64,000 nt of DNA, taken from positions 768,001 to 832,000 of the forward strand of contig OY970178.1 of the NCBI GenBank assembly GCA_963707915.1, in the 5' to 3' direction. Under the pieces are notes generated by a model. That model saw nothing but the letters and a program-made list of their open reading frames with translations. It had not been told where the DNA came from and did no database searches. This DNA is from Candidatus Eiseniibacteriota bacterium. GTDB lineage: Bacteria > Eisenbacteria > RBG-16-71-46. Every line of letters begins with the position of its first letter. Positions within the stretch are counted from its first letter, which is position 1. Shown here one piece after another: positions 9,712 to 19,103 of the stretch. A program made the translations under genes and the position numbers.

Positions 9712-9788
9712 GGCCCCGTAGCTCAGACGGATAGAGCAGCGGTTTCCTAAACCGCGTGCCGCAGGTTCGACTCCTGCCGGGGCCACCA
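9712..9788 (+). tRNA. tRNA-Arg (anticodon CCT)
   Basis: Acceptor GGCCCCG/CGGGGCC, anticodon arm GCGGT-TTCCTAA-ACCGC, T-loop GGTTCGACTCC, encoded CCA. Confidence 0.97.
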
Positions 9789-9914
9789 CGCTGCAGCGGC
9801 TTCGCCTTCACGCGACGCCCGATTGAGTGCGCCGCCCAACGCATCGGCGAGGATGGATCGCGCTCGCGACCAGCGGGGAAGGCTTGGCGCGGCCCGCGGC
9901 ACCGCGCGCGTCGG

Positions 9915-11030
9915 CTACTTCGTCGCGCCCGGCAGGCCCCGGCCGGTGACCAGGTAGGTGGCGAAGCTGCCCAGCCAGTGGCCACCCTCGTAGTGCTCAC
10001 CGGTCACGCGCGGGAGCGAGGCCTCGCGGTGGCGCCGGGCAAGCGCCAGCAGCCCCGGCCGTCGTGGGTCCGCCTCGGGCAGCCGCGCCGCGATCCCTTC
10101 CGCCATCCACGCCCTCGACAGGTTCAGGCCATCGAGGTGCGCGAGCTTGGGGTCGCTCGGGTCGGTCACGACGCCCGGCTCGAGCCAGTCGCTGCGGCCA
10201 TCGCGCGGCAACTGCGGCAGGAACGCGTCCAGCCAGCGGGCGAACTCCTTCGGCGGCAGGACACGGCCGACGACGTCCGCCTCCGCCAGGCACGGGGAGA
10301 GGAAGTCCTCGCCCGAGGGCTCGTAGTCGAGCGGGCAGCCGCGGTCGCCGACGTAGAAGCGCTTCACCGCGGCATCGAACACCTCGCCGCTCGCGCTGTC
10401 GCCGACCACTCGTGCCCAGTCGAGCGCCAAGCCGAGCGCGAAGGCGGTCTGGTTGTGCTCGCCGATGCGGATCGGCTCGGTGAGCTTCGGCAGCCACGTC
10501 GTCATCCGCTGCGCGCAGACCCGCGCCAGGGGCGCGACCGCGGCGGCCCACTCGCGCGCCTGCGGGTCGTTCCACTGGACCAGCTCCGCATGCAGTTGCA
10601 GCAGCCAGGCGAGCCCGTAGGGCCGCTCGAACGACGCGCGGCCGGGCGTCTCGAGGTAGCGCAGCTCGACCGCGATCCGCTCCGGCGTCAGGCTCGCGGC
10701 CAGCGCGGCGCGCGCCCGCGGCGCGAAGGGAGCGTCCGGATACCAGCGGGCGAGACGCGCCAGCAACCAGTGGCCGTGCACCGCCGAGTGCCAGTCGAAA
10801 CACCCGTAGAACGCCGGCGTCAGCGTGCGCGGAGGCAGGACGTCCGCGTCGCTGGCGAGCACGTGGGCGAGCTTGTTGGGGTACTCCTGGTGCACGCAGG
10901 CCAGCGCGAGGTCGGCGAACCGCTCGACCGCCGAGGCGGGCAGGGTCTCGGCAGCGCACGCGGGACCGGCGGGCCGGGCCAGCGCCAGCAGGGCGAGGGC
11001 AGTCGCGAGCAAGCGTGCGAGGCGGCGCAT
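9915..11030 (-). CDS. DUF2891 family secreted protein
   Basis: Signal peptide, EYPNK, PAFYGCFDWHSAVHGHW, FERPYGLAW, HLDGLNLSRAW, YEGGHWLGSFA. Confidence 0.9.
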   Translation of the reverse strand: MRRLARLLATALALLALARPAGPACAAETLPASAVERFADLALACVHQEYPNKLAHVLASDADVLPPRTLTPAFYGCFDWHSAVHGHWLLARLARWYPDAPFAPRARAALAASLTPERIAVELRYLETPGRASFERPYGLAWLLQLHAELVQWNDPQAREWAAAVAPLARVCAQRMTTWLPKLTEPIRIGEHNQTAFALGLALDWARVVGDSASGEVFDAAVKRFYVGDRGCPLDYEPSGEDFLSPCLAEADVVGRVLPPKEFARWLDAFLPQLPRDGRSDWLEPGVVTDPSDPKLAHLDGLNLSRAWMAEGIAARLPEADPRRPGLLALARRHREASLPRVTGEHYEGGHWLGSFATYLVTGRGLPGATK

Positions 11031-11277
11031 GCGGGCATCATACCCGCGGAACGGCCCCGGGCAAGTCGGTGCGACCCCGGTCCCGGCAGGCCCGCTCGAC
11101 CGTGCCGGGGCCCCCTCGCGTGGTAGCCGTTGGTACCGTTGAGCGGGCCCGCCGGGTGGCGCACAGTCTGAGGCGAAGTCCGTGCGTTCGTCCGGGTTCC
11201 CGCCGAGGAGCCCGTTTCGCGCCCAGCCGCGTGGCCGCGTCCTCTGGGTACCACCTCCACGTTGGAGATGCGACCGA

Positions 11278-12636
11278 ATGACCGTCCCCGCCACGCACAC
11301 CACCGAAGGCGCCGCGCCGGCGCGCCCGAAACCGTCCGCCGGCCTGTTCTCCGAGCGCACCCACCAGCTCGGCACCGAGAACGCCTTCAAGGTCGGTCCG
11401 TACATCAAGGCGATCGAGGACGCCGGCCACCGGGTCATCAAGTGCAATCTCGGCGAGCCCGATTTCCCGCTGCCCCGGCACATCGCCGACGAAGTGAAGC
11501 GCTGCATCGACCTCGACATGACCCACTACGTCGATCCCCAGGGCATCCTGCCGCTGCGCGAGGCGATCGCGGCGCACATGACCCGCACTCGCGGCATCGC
11601 CGTGACGGCCGACCGGGTCGTGGTGTTCCCGGGCGCCAAGCTGCCGATCGGCTTCTGCCAGCAGACCTACTGCAACCCGGGCGACGAAGTGATCTACCCC
11701 AGCCCGGGCTTCCCGATCTACGAGTCGTTCACGTCGTACATGAACACCCGGCCGGTGCCGCTGCACCTGCGCGAGGAAGCGGGCTTCAGCTTCGGGGGTC
11801 GCGAGCTCGAGGCGCTGATCACCCCGCGCACCCGCCTGATCATCCTGAACTTCCCGTCGAATCCCACCGGCGGCGTCGCGACGCGCGACCAGCTCGAGGA
11901 GATCGCCGCGGTCATCCGTCGCAAGGCCCCGCCGCAGACGCGCGTCTACTCGGACGAGGTCTACGAGGACATCCTCTTCGACGGCAACCGGCACCTGAGC
12001 ATCGCCGCGCTGCACGGCATGGCCGGGCGCACCATCATCGTGGGCGGGGTGTCGAAGTCGTACGCCTGGACCGGCGGGCGGCTCGGCTGGGCCGTGATGC
12101 CGACGGCCGAGGAGGCGGCGATCCAGAAGAACCTCAACATCAACTACTTCTCGTGCGTGCCCGCCTACAACCAGATGGGCGCCCGGATCGCGCTCGAATC
12201 GCCCGCGAGCGTGGCGGAGATCGCCCGGATGGGCGCGGCATTCCAGCAGCGGCGCGACGTGATGGTCGCCGGCCTGAACGCCATCCCGGGGATCCGCTGC
12301 AAGACCCCCGGCGGCGCGTTCTACCTGTTCCCCAACATCGGAGCCCTGTGCGAGTCGATCGGCGCGATCGAGGCCCACGCCGGGCTCGCGCCCGCCGTGC
12401 GCGCGCGCACCAGCCCCGCGGGACTGTTCCAGATGTTCCTGTTGTGGCAGCATCACGTCGCGACCCTGGACCGCGGCTCGTTCGGCCGGGTCGGGTCCGA
12501 CGGCCAGCACTACCTCCGTCTGTCCATCGCCACCGGCCTCGAGGACCTCGAGAAGGCGCTCGCGATCATCCGCCGGGCGTCGCTGGACAAGGACGGCTTC
12601 GGCAAATTCGTCCAGGAAGGCAGGCACCTGTGGTAA
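11278..12636 (+). CDS. PLP-dependent aminotransferase class I/II
   Basis: NLGEPDF, GILPLREAIA, NFPSNPTGG, SDEVYE, SKSYAWTGGRLG (PLP lysine), GGAFYLFP. Confidence 0.93.
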   Translation: MTVPATHTTEGAAPARPKPSAGLFSERTHQLGTENAFKVGPYIKAIEDAGHRVIKCNLGEPDFPLPRHIADEVKRCIDLDMTHYVDPQGILPLREAIAAHMTRTRGIAVTADRVVVFPGAKLPIGFCQQTYCNPGDEVIYPSPGFPIYESFTSYMNTRPVPLHLREEAGFSFGGRELEALITPRTRLIILNFPSNPTGGVATRDQLEEIAAVIRRKAPPQTRVYSDEVYEDILFDGNRHLSIAALHGMAGRTIIVGGVSKSYAWTGGRLGWAVMPTAEEAAIQKNLNINYFSCVPAYNQMGARIALESPASVAEIARMGAAFQQRRDVMVAGLNAIPGIRCKTPGGAFYLFPNIGALCESIGAIEAHAGLAPAVRARTSPAGLFQMFLLWQHHVATLDRGSFGRVGSDGQHYLRLSIATGLEDLEKALAIIRRASLDKDGFGKFVQEGRHLW

Positions 12637-12665
12637 CCACCGACGCCACCCGGAGTGCGCGGCCC

Positions 12666-15017
12666 ATGACGTTCGGTCCGCGCCGCGGCGTTCACCTCGA
12701 CATCCGCGACGCGATCGCGCGCGACGGCGCGCCGCTCGACGCCGCCACGCTCGGGCACTTCGAGGCGTTCGACCAGGTGTACCGCGCTCTGGTCGCGGCG
12801 ATGTTCAACTACGTGCCGCTCTCGGGGCATCCCGGTGGCTCCATCTCGTCGGGCCGTTTCGTGCAGGCGCTGCTGTTCGGCACGCTCGACTACGACCTTT
12901 CCCGCCCCGACCGCGACGATGCCGACCTGGTGTCGTACGCCGCCGGCCACAAGGCGCTGGGGCTGTACGCGCTGTGGGCGCTGCGCAACGAGGTCGCGCG
13001 CCTGGCGGCGCCCGAACTGCTCCCGAAGGACGGCGCGCATCAACTGCGGATCGAGGACCTGCTCGGGTTCCGCCGCAACCCGATCACGCCGACGCCGCTG
13101 TTCACGAAGTTCGAGTCCAAGGCGCTCGACGGTCACCCGACCCCCGGCACGCCGTTCGTCCGGCTCGCGACCGGGGCGTCGGGCGTCGGGCTGCCCGCGT
13201 CGATCGGCCTCGCCTGGGGCGCCGCCGACACCTACGGCGCCGACGCGCCCCGCGTGCACATCGTCGAGGGCGAGGGCGGAATGACGCCCGGCCGCGTGGC
13301 CGAGGCGCTCGCCGCCGCCGGCACCGCCTCGCTGGGCAACGTCATCCTGCACGTGGACTGGAACCAGGCCTCCATCGACTCCAACCGCGTCTGCCGCGAC
13401 GGCGACCAGCCTGGCGACTACGTCCAGTGGACCCCGGCCGAATTGGCGTACCTGCACGACTGGAACGTGATCGAAGTCGCCGACGGCTTCGACTACCAGC
13501 AGGTCTTCGCCGCGCAGCGCGCCGCCCTGGCGCTGGACAACGGGCAGCCCACCGCGATCGTGTACCGCACCGTGAAGGGCTGGAAGTACGGCATCGAGGG
13601 CCGCGCCTCGCACGGCGGCGGGCACCCGTTGTGCTCCGAGGGCTTCTACACCGCCGTGGCGGGACTGGGCGAGACCCGGCCCGACTCGTTCCCGCGTTGC
13701 GACCACGGCCCGCAGCGCTGCGGTGCCGGCGCCGATCCCGCCGTGGTCGAGGCCTGCTTCTGGGAGGCGCTCGGCGTGGTGCGTGACGCGCTGGCCCGGC
13801 GGGGTCCGGCGGTCCAGGCGCTGGCGGGGCGCCTGCGGGACGCGCGCGAGCGACTCGAGCAGCGGGCGCTCGCGCCCCGCCCCGGCGCGCCGGACCTCGC
13901 CGCCGCCTACGCCGCCGCCGTGCAGGTGACGGAGGTGGTGCCGGCCGGGCTGGCGCTCAAGCCCGGGGCCAGGGCCACGCTGCGTGACGCGCTCGGCATG
14001 ACGCTCGGCCACTACAACCAGCTGACCGGCGGCGCGTTCGTGGTGGCGGCCGCCGACCTGCTCGGTTCGACCAGCGTGAACAAGGCCGCCGAAGGCTTCC
14101 CGGCCGGCTTCTACAACCGCCGCACGAACCCGCTCGCGCGGACGCTCTCGATCGGCGGCATCTGCGAGGACGCGATGACCGCGATGCTGGCGGGCATCGC
14201 CGCGTTCGGCCGCCACAGCGGCGCGGGCTCGTCGTACGGCGCGTTCCTGGCGCCGCTGGGCCACATCGCCGCGCGGCTGCACGCCATCGGCAACCAGGCC
14301 CGCAACGCCGTGGACGGCGGTCCGTACCGGCCGTTCTTCCTGGTGTGCGCGCATGCCGGGCTCAAGACCGGCGAAGACGGTCCGACCCACGCCGACCCGC
14401 AGCCGTTGCAGCTGCTGCAGGGGAACTTCCCGCCCGGGACCATGATCACGCTGACGCCCTGGGACCCGCAGGAGATCTTCTTCCTGGTCTCGGCGGCGCT
14501 CGCGAAGCGCCCGGCTGTGATCGCGCCGTTCGTGACCCGCCCCCCGGAGACGGTCATCGACCGCGCGGCGCTCGGACTCGCCCCGGCGTCCGCGGCCGCG
14601 CAGGGCGTCTACCAGCTGCGTGCCGCGCAAGGCGCGGCCGCCGGCGTCGTGGTCCTGCAGGGCAGCGCGGTGACGTATGCGTTCATCGAGCAGGCGCTGC
14701 CGCTGATCGAGGCGGCGAAGCTCGCTCTCGACGTGTACGTGGTCACGTCCGCCGAGTTGTTCGACCTGCTCCCCGAGGCCGAGCGCGAGCGGGTCTTCCC
14801 CGAGGCGCAGCGCAAGCTGGCGATGGGGATCACGGACTTCACGCTGCCGACCATGGACCGCTGGCTGCTGTCGGAGCGCGGGCGCAAGGCGACGCTGCAC
14901 CCGTTCATGCACGGCCACTTCCTCGGCAGCGGCCAGGGCAGCGTGGTGATCGCCGAGGCGGGGCTCGACGGGAAGAGCCAGTTCGAGGCGATCCGGCGGT
15001 ACCTGCAGGGCGTGTAG
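12666..15017 (+). CDS. Transketolase-like ThDP enzyme (divergent)
   Basis: SGHPGGSIS, AAGHKA, LDGHPT, ATGASGVG, ADLLGST, GICEDAM, HAGLKTGEDGPTHA. Alternative GTG start at 12630. Confidence 0.88.
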   Translation: MTFGPRRGVHLDIRDAIARDGAPLDAATLGHFEAFDQVYRALVAAMFNYVPLSGHPGGSISSGRFVQALLFGTLDYDLSRPDRDDADLVSYAAGHKALGLYALWALRNEVARLAAPELLPKDGAHQLRIEDLLGFRRNPITPTPLFTKFESKALDGHPTPGTPFVRLATGASGVGLPASIGLAWGAADTYGADAPRVHIVEGEGGMTPGRVAEALAAAGTASLGNVILHVDWNQASIDSNRVCRDGDQPGDYVQWTPAELAYLHDWNVIEVADGFDYQQVFAAQRAALALDNGQPTAIVYRTVKGWKYGIEGRASHGGGHPLCSEGFYTAVAGLGETRPDSFPRCDHGPQRCGAGADPAVVEACFWEALGVVRDALARRGPAVQALAGRLRDARERLEQRALAPRPGAPDLAAAYAAAVQVTEVVPAGLALKPGARATLRDALGMTLGHYNQLTGGAFVVAAADLLGSTSVNKAAEGFPAGFYNRRTNPLARTLSIGGICEDAMTAMLAGIAAFGRHSGAGSSYGAFLAPLGHIAARLHAIGNQARNAVDGGPYRPFFLVCAHAGLKTGEDGPTHADPQPLQLLQGNFPPGTMITLTPWDPQEIFFLVSAALAKRPAVIAPFVTRPPETVIDRAALGLAPASAAAQGVYQLRAAQGAAAGVVVLQGSAVTYAFIEQALPLIEAAKLALDVYVVTSAELFDLLPEAERERVFPEAQRKLAMGITDFTLPTMDRWLLSERGRKATLHPFMHGHFLGSGQGSVVIAEAGLDGKSQFEAIRRYLQGV

Positions 15018-15184
15018 CCGTCGCCCGCGATCGCCGACGTCGTGGCGGGCGCTCCCCCGGGGCGCGCCACGCTGGCTCTCGCGCGTCCGGCCCGGCGGGC
15101 CCGTTGAGCGGGGCCCGGATCGGCACTACACTGCGGCCTCTCAGTCGAGGTACCCGGTCCGGCTCCAACCTCGGGAGGTACGCC

Positions 15185-15739
15185 GTGAAGGTCCGCTGCG
15201 CATCATGGCTGCTGGTGTGTATCGCGCTTGTGACGCTCGGCTGCGCCAAGGGCGATCGGGGGCCCACGGGTCCGGCCGGGCCCCGCGGCCCCGTCGGGAC
15301 GACGAATGTGATCTACTCGGAATGGTACAGTCCTGCCACCTGGGTCCTGGAGACGCAATTCGGCATCGTCTTCCGCACGTTCACCATGACGACGACCTCT
15401 CTGACGCAGGCCGTGATCGATAACGGCGTCGTGCTGGTCTACATCAGGCCCATCGGGCTCAATCCGGCCATCCTGCAGTTGCCCCAGGTAATCGGGGAGT
15501 ACTCCTTCCAACACCAGTCGCAGGCGGGATCCATCAAGGTCCTCTACTGCCTCACCGCCACTCCCGCGAGCGACCCGGGCGTCATTCCACCGGGCAACCA
15601 GGTCCGCTACGTCCTGATTCCCGGGGGCGTGCTCGATGCGGTGGCCTCCGCCGATGGCGGCACGCGCGACCAGTTGACCACCAGCCTGAAGTCCCTGTCC
15701 TACGCGGACGTCTGCCGGAAGTTCGCCGTCCAGCCCTAG
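15185..15739 (+). CDS. Lipoprotein with short collagen-like segment
   Basis: GGGAGG RBS plus GTG, lipobox TLGC, then GDRGPTGPAGPRGPVG. Confidence 0.82.
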   Translation: MKVRCASWLLVCIALVTLGCAKGDRGPTGPAGPRGPVGTTNVIYSEWYSPATWVLETQFGIVFRTFTMTTTSLTQAVIDNGVVLVYIRPIGLNPAILQLPQVIGEYSFQHQSQAGSIKVLYCLTATPASDPGVIPPGNQVRYVLIPGGVLDAVASADGGTRDQLTTSLKSLSYADVCRKFAVQP

Positions 15740-15775
15740 GCGCCGCTCGGACAGACCGCAAGAGGGATCGAACGA

Positions 15776-15813
15776 GCACGGGGCCCGGGCGATGCACCGC
15801 CCGGGCCCCGTGC
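15776..15813. terminator. Hairpin between convergent genes, likely terminator
   Basis: Perfect 16-bp stem GCACGGGGCCCGGGCG/CGCCCGGGCCCCGTGC, 6-nt loop, followed by GTTT. Confidence 0.7.
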
Positions 15814-15826
15814 GTTTCGTCGCGGG

Positions 15827-16303
15827 TCAGCGCCCGGGGCGCTCCGCCACGCGGGCGCGCGCCGCGTTGAGCGCGCCGGGCGGCAGGTCGAGCAGGCCGC
15901 CCATCCGGCGGATGAGCGACGCCTCGTGCTGGGAGAGCACGCCGTCGGCGTCCACGACCCGCCACAGCAGCTCCGCGAGCTCGCCGCGCTCCGCCAGCGT
16001 GTAGCGCGCGTTGATGATCGCCGCGAACTGGTGCAGGTCCACGGCCTCGCGCAGCGACTCGTCGGCCGCCGTCATCAGCTCCCGCGCGCCCAGCTCGGTG
16101 AGTTGGAACTCGCTCACCAGGATGTCCGCGATGTGGGCGCGCTCGACCTCGCTGAATTCGCCGTCGGCCCGTGCCAGTTCCACCAGCAGCGCGCAGGCGG
16201 CGAGGCGCAGCGGGTCCTCGGCCGGGGACGCAGGCAGCGCGTCGTCGGCCGCGGGCTCCACCACGGGCGGGGGAGCGAGGTAGCGACGGATCAGGTCGAA
16301 CAT
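15827..16303 (-). CDS. TerB family tellurite-resistance-like protein
   Basis: LAACALLVELARADGEFSEVER, DLHQFA, LWRVVDADGVLSQHE. Confidence 0.88.
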   Translation of the reverse strand: MFDLIRRYLAPPPVVEPAADDALPASPAEDPLRLAACALLVELARADGEFSEVERAHIADILVSEFQLTELGARELMTAADESLREAVDLHQFAAIINARYTLAERGELAELLWRVVDADGVLSQHEASLIRRMGGLLDLPPGALNAARARVAERPGR

Positions 16304-16312
16304 GGCGGCACT

Positions 16313-18766
16313 CTAGCGCATGCGCACGAGGCGCGTCGCGGCGGTCCGCCCACCCGCGCTCACGCGCGCCAGGTAGACGCCGGGCGCGGCCGCTGCGCCG
16401 TCCATCCCGCGGCCGTCCCAGGGGAGCGCGTGGCGCCCGGCGGACAGCTGCCCGTGCGGCATCGACGCGATGCGGCGGCCGGACAGGTCGAACACCTCGA
16501 CCGCGACATCCCCCGCCACCGGCAGCTCGAGCGTGAACGACATCGCGCCGCGGGACGGATTGGGCGACGACGCCAGGCGCAGCTCGCGCGGCGGCAGCGC
16601 GGGCCCGGGCGGCACGTCGACCGCGGCGTTGGTGTCGGCCACGAACCCGAGGGCCGCCAGCGTCGGGGCGATCTCCGGGTTGGCCATGAAGTGGTCCCAC
16701 AGCAGCGCGGTGCGCGCGTTCTCGATCATCAGCACGATCGGGCCCTGGTCGATCGCGATGTAGTCGCTCGCGGTCCACCCGAGCCCGGGATGGAAGGCGT
16801 CGCGGAACCCGTCGTACCCCCACAGCGTGGCGCCGTAGGTCTCGTAGAAATGCCGCGCCGCGGCCAGCGACTGCTGCGGCACGTAGGGCATCGAGGACAG
16901 CGCCGCGCTGGGCGTGATCGTGCCGTTGTCGTTCGAGTAGGCGGCGTGCGCGCTGTAGCCGTACGGGTCGTCGCTGGCGGTGAGCCCCCAGGCCAGCGCG
17001 CTGTAGCCCGCGAACCCGAGCGGGTTCGCGGCGCCGTAGGCCACCTGGACCAGCGAATGGTTGCGGTTGTGCGTGTAGTAGTTCGCGTAGGCGTCGTGCT
17101 TGGAGCGCGGGTCGAAGCCCACGAACGAGTAATGGGCGAAGAACATCGGCCCGCCGTAGGCATAGCCGACGTTGAGGGGATATCCGTAGTAGCTCTGCCC
17201 GAGCAGCATCGCGCCGCTGCGGGCCCAGCCGGCGTGGTAGAACGCCGTCGCGACCGGGTGCGTGGGCGAGGCCACGGCGAGCAGGTAGGTGATCATGCAC
17301 TCGTTCCAGCCGGTGACGTTGTGGTCCGACAGCCCGGTGGTCGGGGAGCGGTGCCAGCGCAGCACGGTCTCGCCGGCGGGGACGAAGGCGTCCCACTCGA
17401 TCGCCTCCCAGAGCTGCGTGGCGAGCGCGCGGATCTCGACCTCGTCCGCGTCCGCGCCGTCGAAGTAGCGGCGCACCGTGAGCAGGCCCTGCGCGAGGTA
17501 CGCCGTCTCGACCAGATCCACGGTGTCGTCGGTCGGGCCGAGGAAGCCGACGTACTGCCCGGTGACGCCGTGGATCCAGTGCGGGAACGCGCCCCAGTGC
17601 CGCTCGGCCGTGTTGGCGAGGAAGTGGAGGACCTGCCGCACCCGCGCCGCGCCCGCGGCGCGGGTGACGAAACCGCGCTCGATGCCCACCGGCACGGCCA
17701 TGATGCCGAAGCCGGTGCCGCCGGCGGCACACACGTCGCCCGAGGACGAGCGCTCGCGGATTAGGCCCGACACCGGGTGGGCGCTCTGCCAGAAGTAGCG
17801 GAAAGTCGAGCGCTGGACCATGTCGAGGAAGGCCGCGTCGTCGAGCGACTGGGTGGTGGCGGTGAACGCCTCGGTCGGCGCCGACTCGCGGAAGCTCCAG
17901 TCCTCGGTGACCGCGCGCAGCGTGCAGGTCACCGCCGCCGCGCCGGTCCACAGCGCCCGGCCACCGTCCTCGGCGCTGGCCCATACCCACGGCGACCAGG
18001 CGCCGTTGGTCAACCGCTCGATCCGGTACGACTCCACGTCGGCCGGGGTGGGCAGGTCCCAGCCGAGGTCGACGTGGCGCTCGCCGGCGGTGGCCAGCAC
18101 GCCGGTGGGCGTGAGCGGCAGCGTGGGATCGGAACGCACCCAGCGCAACTCGTCGAGGTACACCGTGCGCTGCACGTTGAGCGTGCCGCCCGGGGTCTGC
18201 GCGAAGAACGTCTTATTCATCACCGAGAGGTCCGCGCTGCCGGGACCGGCCTTGAGCGGCGCCAGGGCCATCACGAGGCGGGTCCAGGTGGCCGCCGGCA
18301 GGCCGGCCGGGTTGTAGGGCGCCATCGGGTAGCGCGGCGTGCGCGTGTTGTTCCGGTCCTCGATGAACACGGTGGGCAGGTCGCTCGCCGCCAGCGCCGT
18401 GCTCGAGTAGGCCCAGAACACCAGCGAGTCGAGTTGCGCGCCGTCCACCGCGGTCCAGCCGGTGTTGGCCACGCCGAGCAACCAGTCGCCCCCCGACCTC
18501 GCGGTGGTGCGCATGCGCAGGCTGCTGGTCCCGCGCCAGCGCGTGGCGTACTCGAGCGGGGCCTTGCTGCCGTTGATGACCTCGACCGCGCTGCCCCCCG
18601 AGGCGTACCCGTAGGAGAGGTCCCAGTAGGTGCCGGTGCCGTCGCGGAACAGGCGCACGCCCTGGGCGCGGACGGTGGCGGGGGCGAGGCCGGCGGCGAG
18701 CAGGGCCGAGCCCAGGACGACGGCGAAGAGCAGGCGGATGCGAAGGGCAGGAGGAGTGGGTTCCAT
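16313..18766 (-). CDS. Secreted GH144-like/glucoamylase-family glycoside hydrolase with FlgD-Ig/T9SS-like C-terminal domain
   Basis: TFRYFW..AHPVSGL..ER, GGTGFG, GAFPHW, DLVETAYL, GWNECMITY, GGPMFFAHYSF, WGLTASD, AIDQGP. Tail PNPS...WDGR...PGVYLAR. Confidence 0.88.
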   Translation of the reverse strand: MEPTPPALRIRLLFAVVLGSALLAAGLAPATVRAQGVRLFRDGTGTYWDLSYGYASGGSAVEVINGSKAPLEYATRWRGTSSLRMRTTARSGGDWLLGVANTGWTAVDGAQLDSLVFWAYSSTALAASDLPTVFIEDRNNTRTPRYPMAPYNPAGLPAATWTRLVMALAPLKAGPGSADLSVMNKTFFAQTPGGTLNVQRTVYLDELRWVRSDPTLPLTPTGVLATAGERHVDLGWDLPTPADVESYRIERLTNGAWSPWVWASAEDGGRALWTGAAAVTCTLRAVTEDWSFRESAPTEAFTATTQSLDDAAFLDMVQRSTFRYFWQSAHPVSGLIRERSSSGDVCAAGGTGFGIMAVPVGIERGFVTRAAGAARVRQVLHFLANTAERHWGAFPHWIHGVTGQYVGFLGPTDDTVDLVETAYLAQGLLTVRRYFDGADADEVEIRALATQLWEAIEWDAFVPAGETVLRWHRSPTTGLSDHNVTGWNECMITYLLAVASPTHPVATAFYHAGWARSGAMLLGQSYYGYPLNVGYAYGGPMFFAHYSFVGFDPRSKHDAYANYYTHNRNHSLVQVAYGAANPLGFAGYSALAWGLTASDDPYGYSAHAAYSNDNGTITPSAALSSMPYVPQQSLAAARHFYETYGATLWGYDGFRDAFHPGLGWTASDYIAIDQGPIVLMIENARTALLWDHFMANPEIAPTLAALGFVADTNAAVDVPPGPALPPRELRLASSPNPSRGAMSFTLELPVAGDVAVEVFDLSGRRIASMPHGQLSAGRHALPWDGRGMDGAAAAPGVYLARVSAGGRTAATRLVRMR

Positions 18767-19103
18767 GCCGTAAGAGTATCAGGCGGGCGAGCGCCGGGCG
18801 AGCGGCCCGGGACCGGGTCCGGGGCGCAAGAGAAGCGGCGGTCGTGGCCCGGCTGCCCGGCGCACCGGCGATCGATCGGCGAGGCCACGGGTCGGGCGCC
18901 GCCGCTCCCCGGCGGGGTGGCCCGGATTCGGCCCGGGGCCGACGCTTTCCCGTTGCCTGCGCCGCGGGGGCGTGCCAGTATGCCACCATTCGGATAGGGT
19001 GAAATGGGATTCGTCGTAGTGTCCGCGGCGCCCCGCGGCGCGCGGGTGGACCTGGCCATCGTCACGGGCGTTTCGACCTGACCTCGACAGACTTGAGGCG
19101 ACC

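Larger units (their letters stand above)
4205..9750. mobile_element. Small genomic island remnant integrated at tRNA-Arg(CCT); no integrase visible
   Basis: Flanked by direct repeats of the tRNA 5' half ending in the anticodon loop. Cargo is short hypothetical genes with visibly lower GC than the downstream core genes. Confidence 0.7.
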
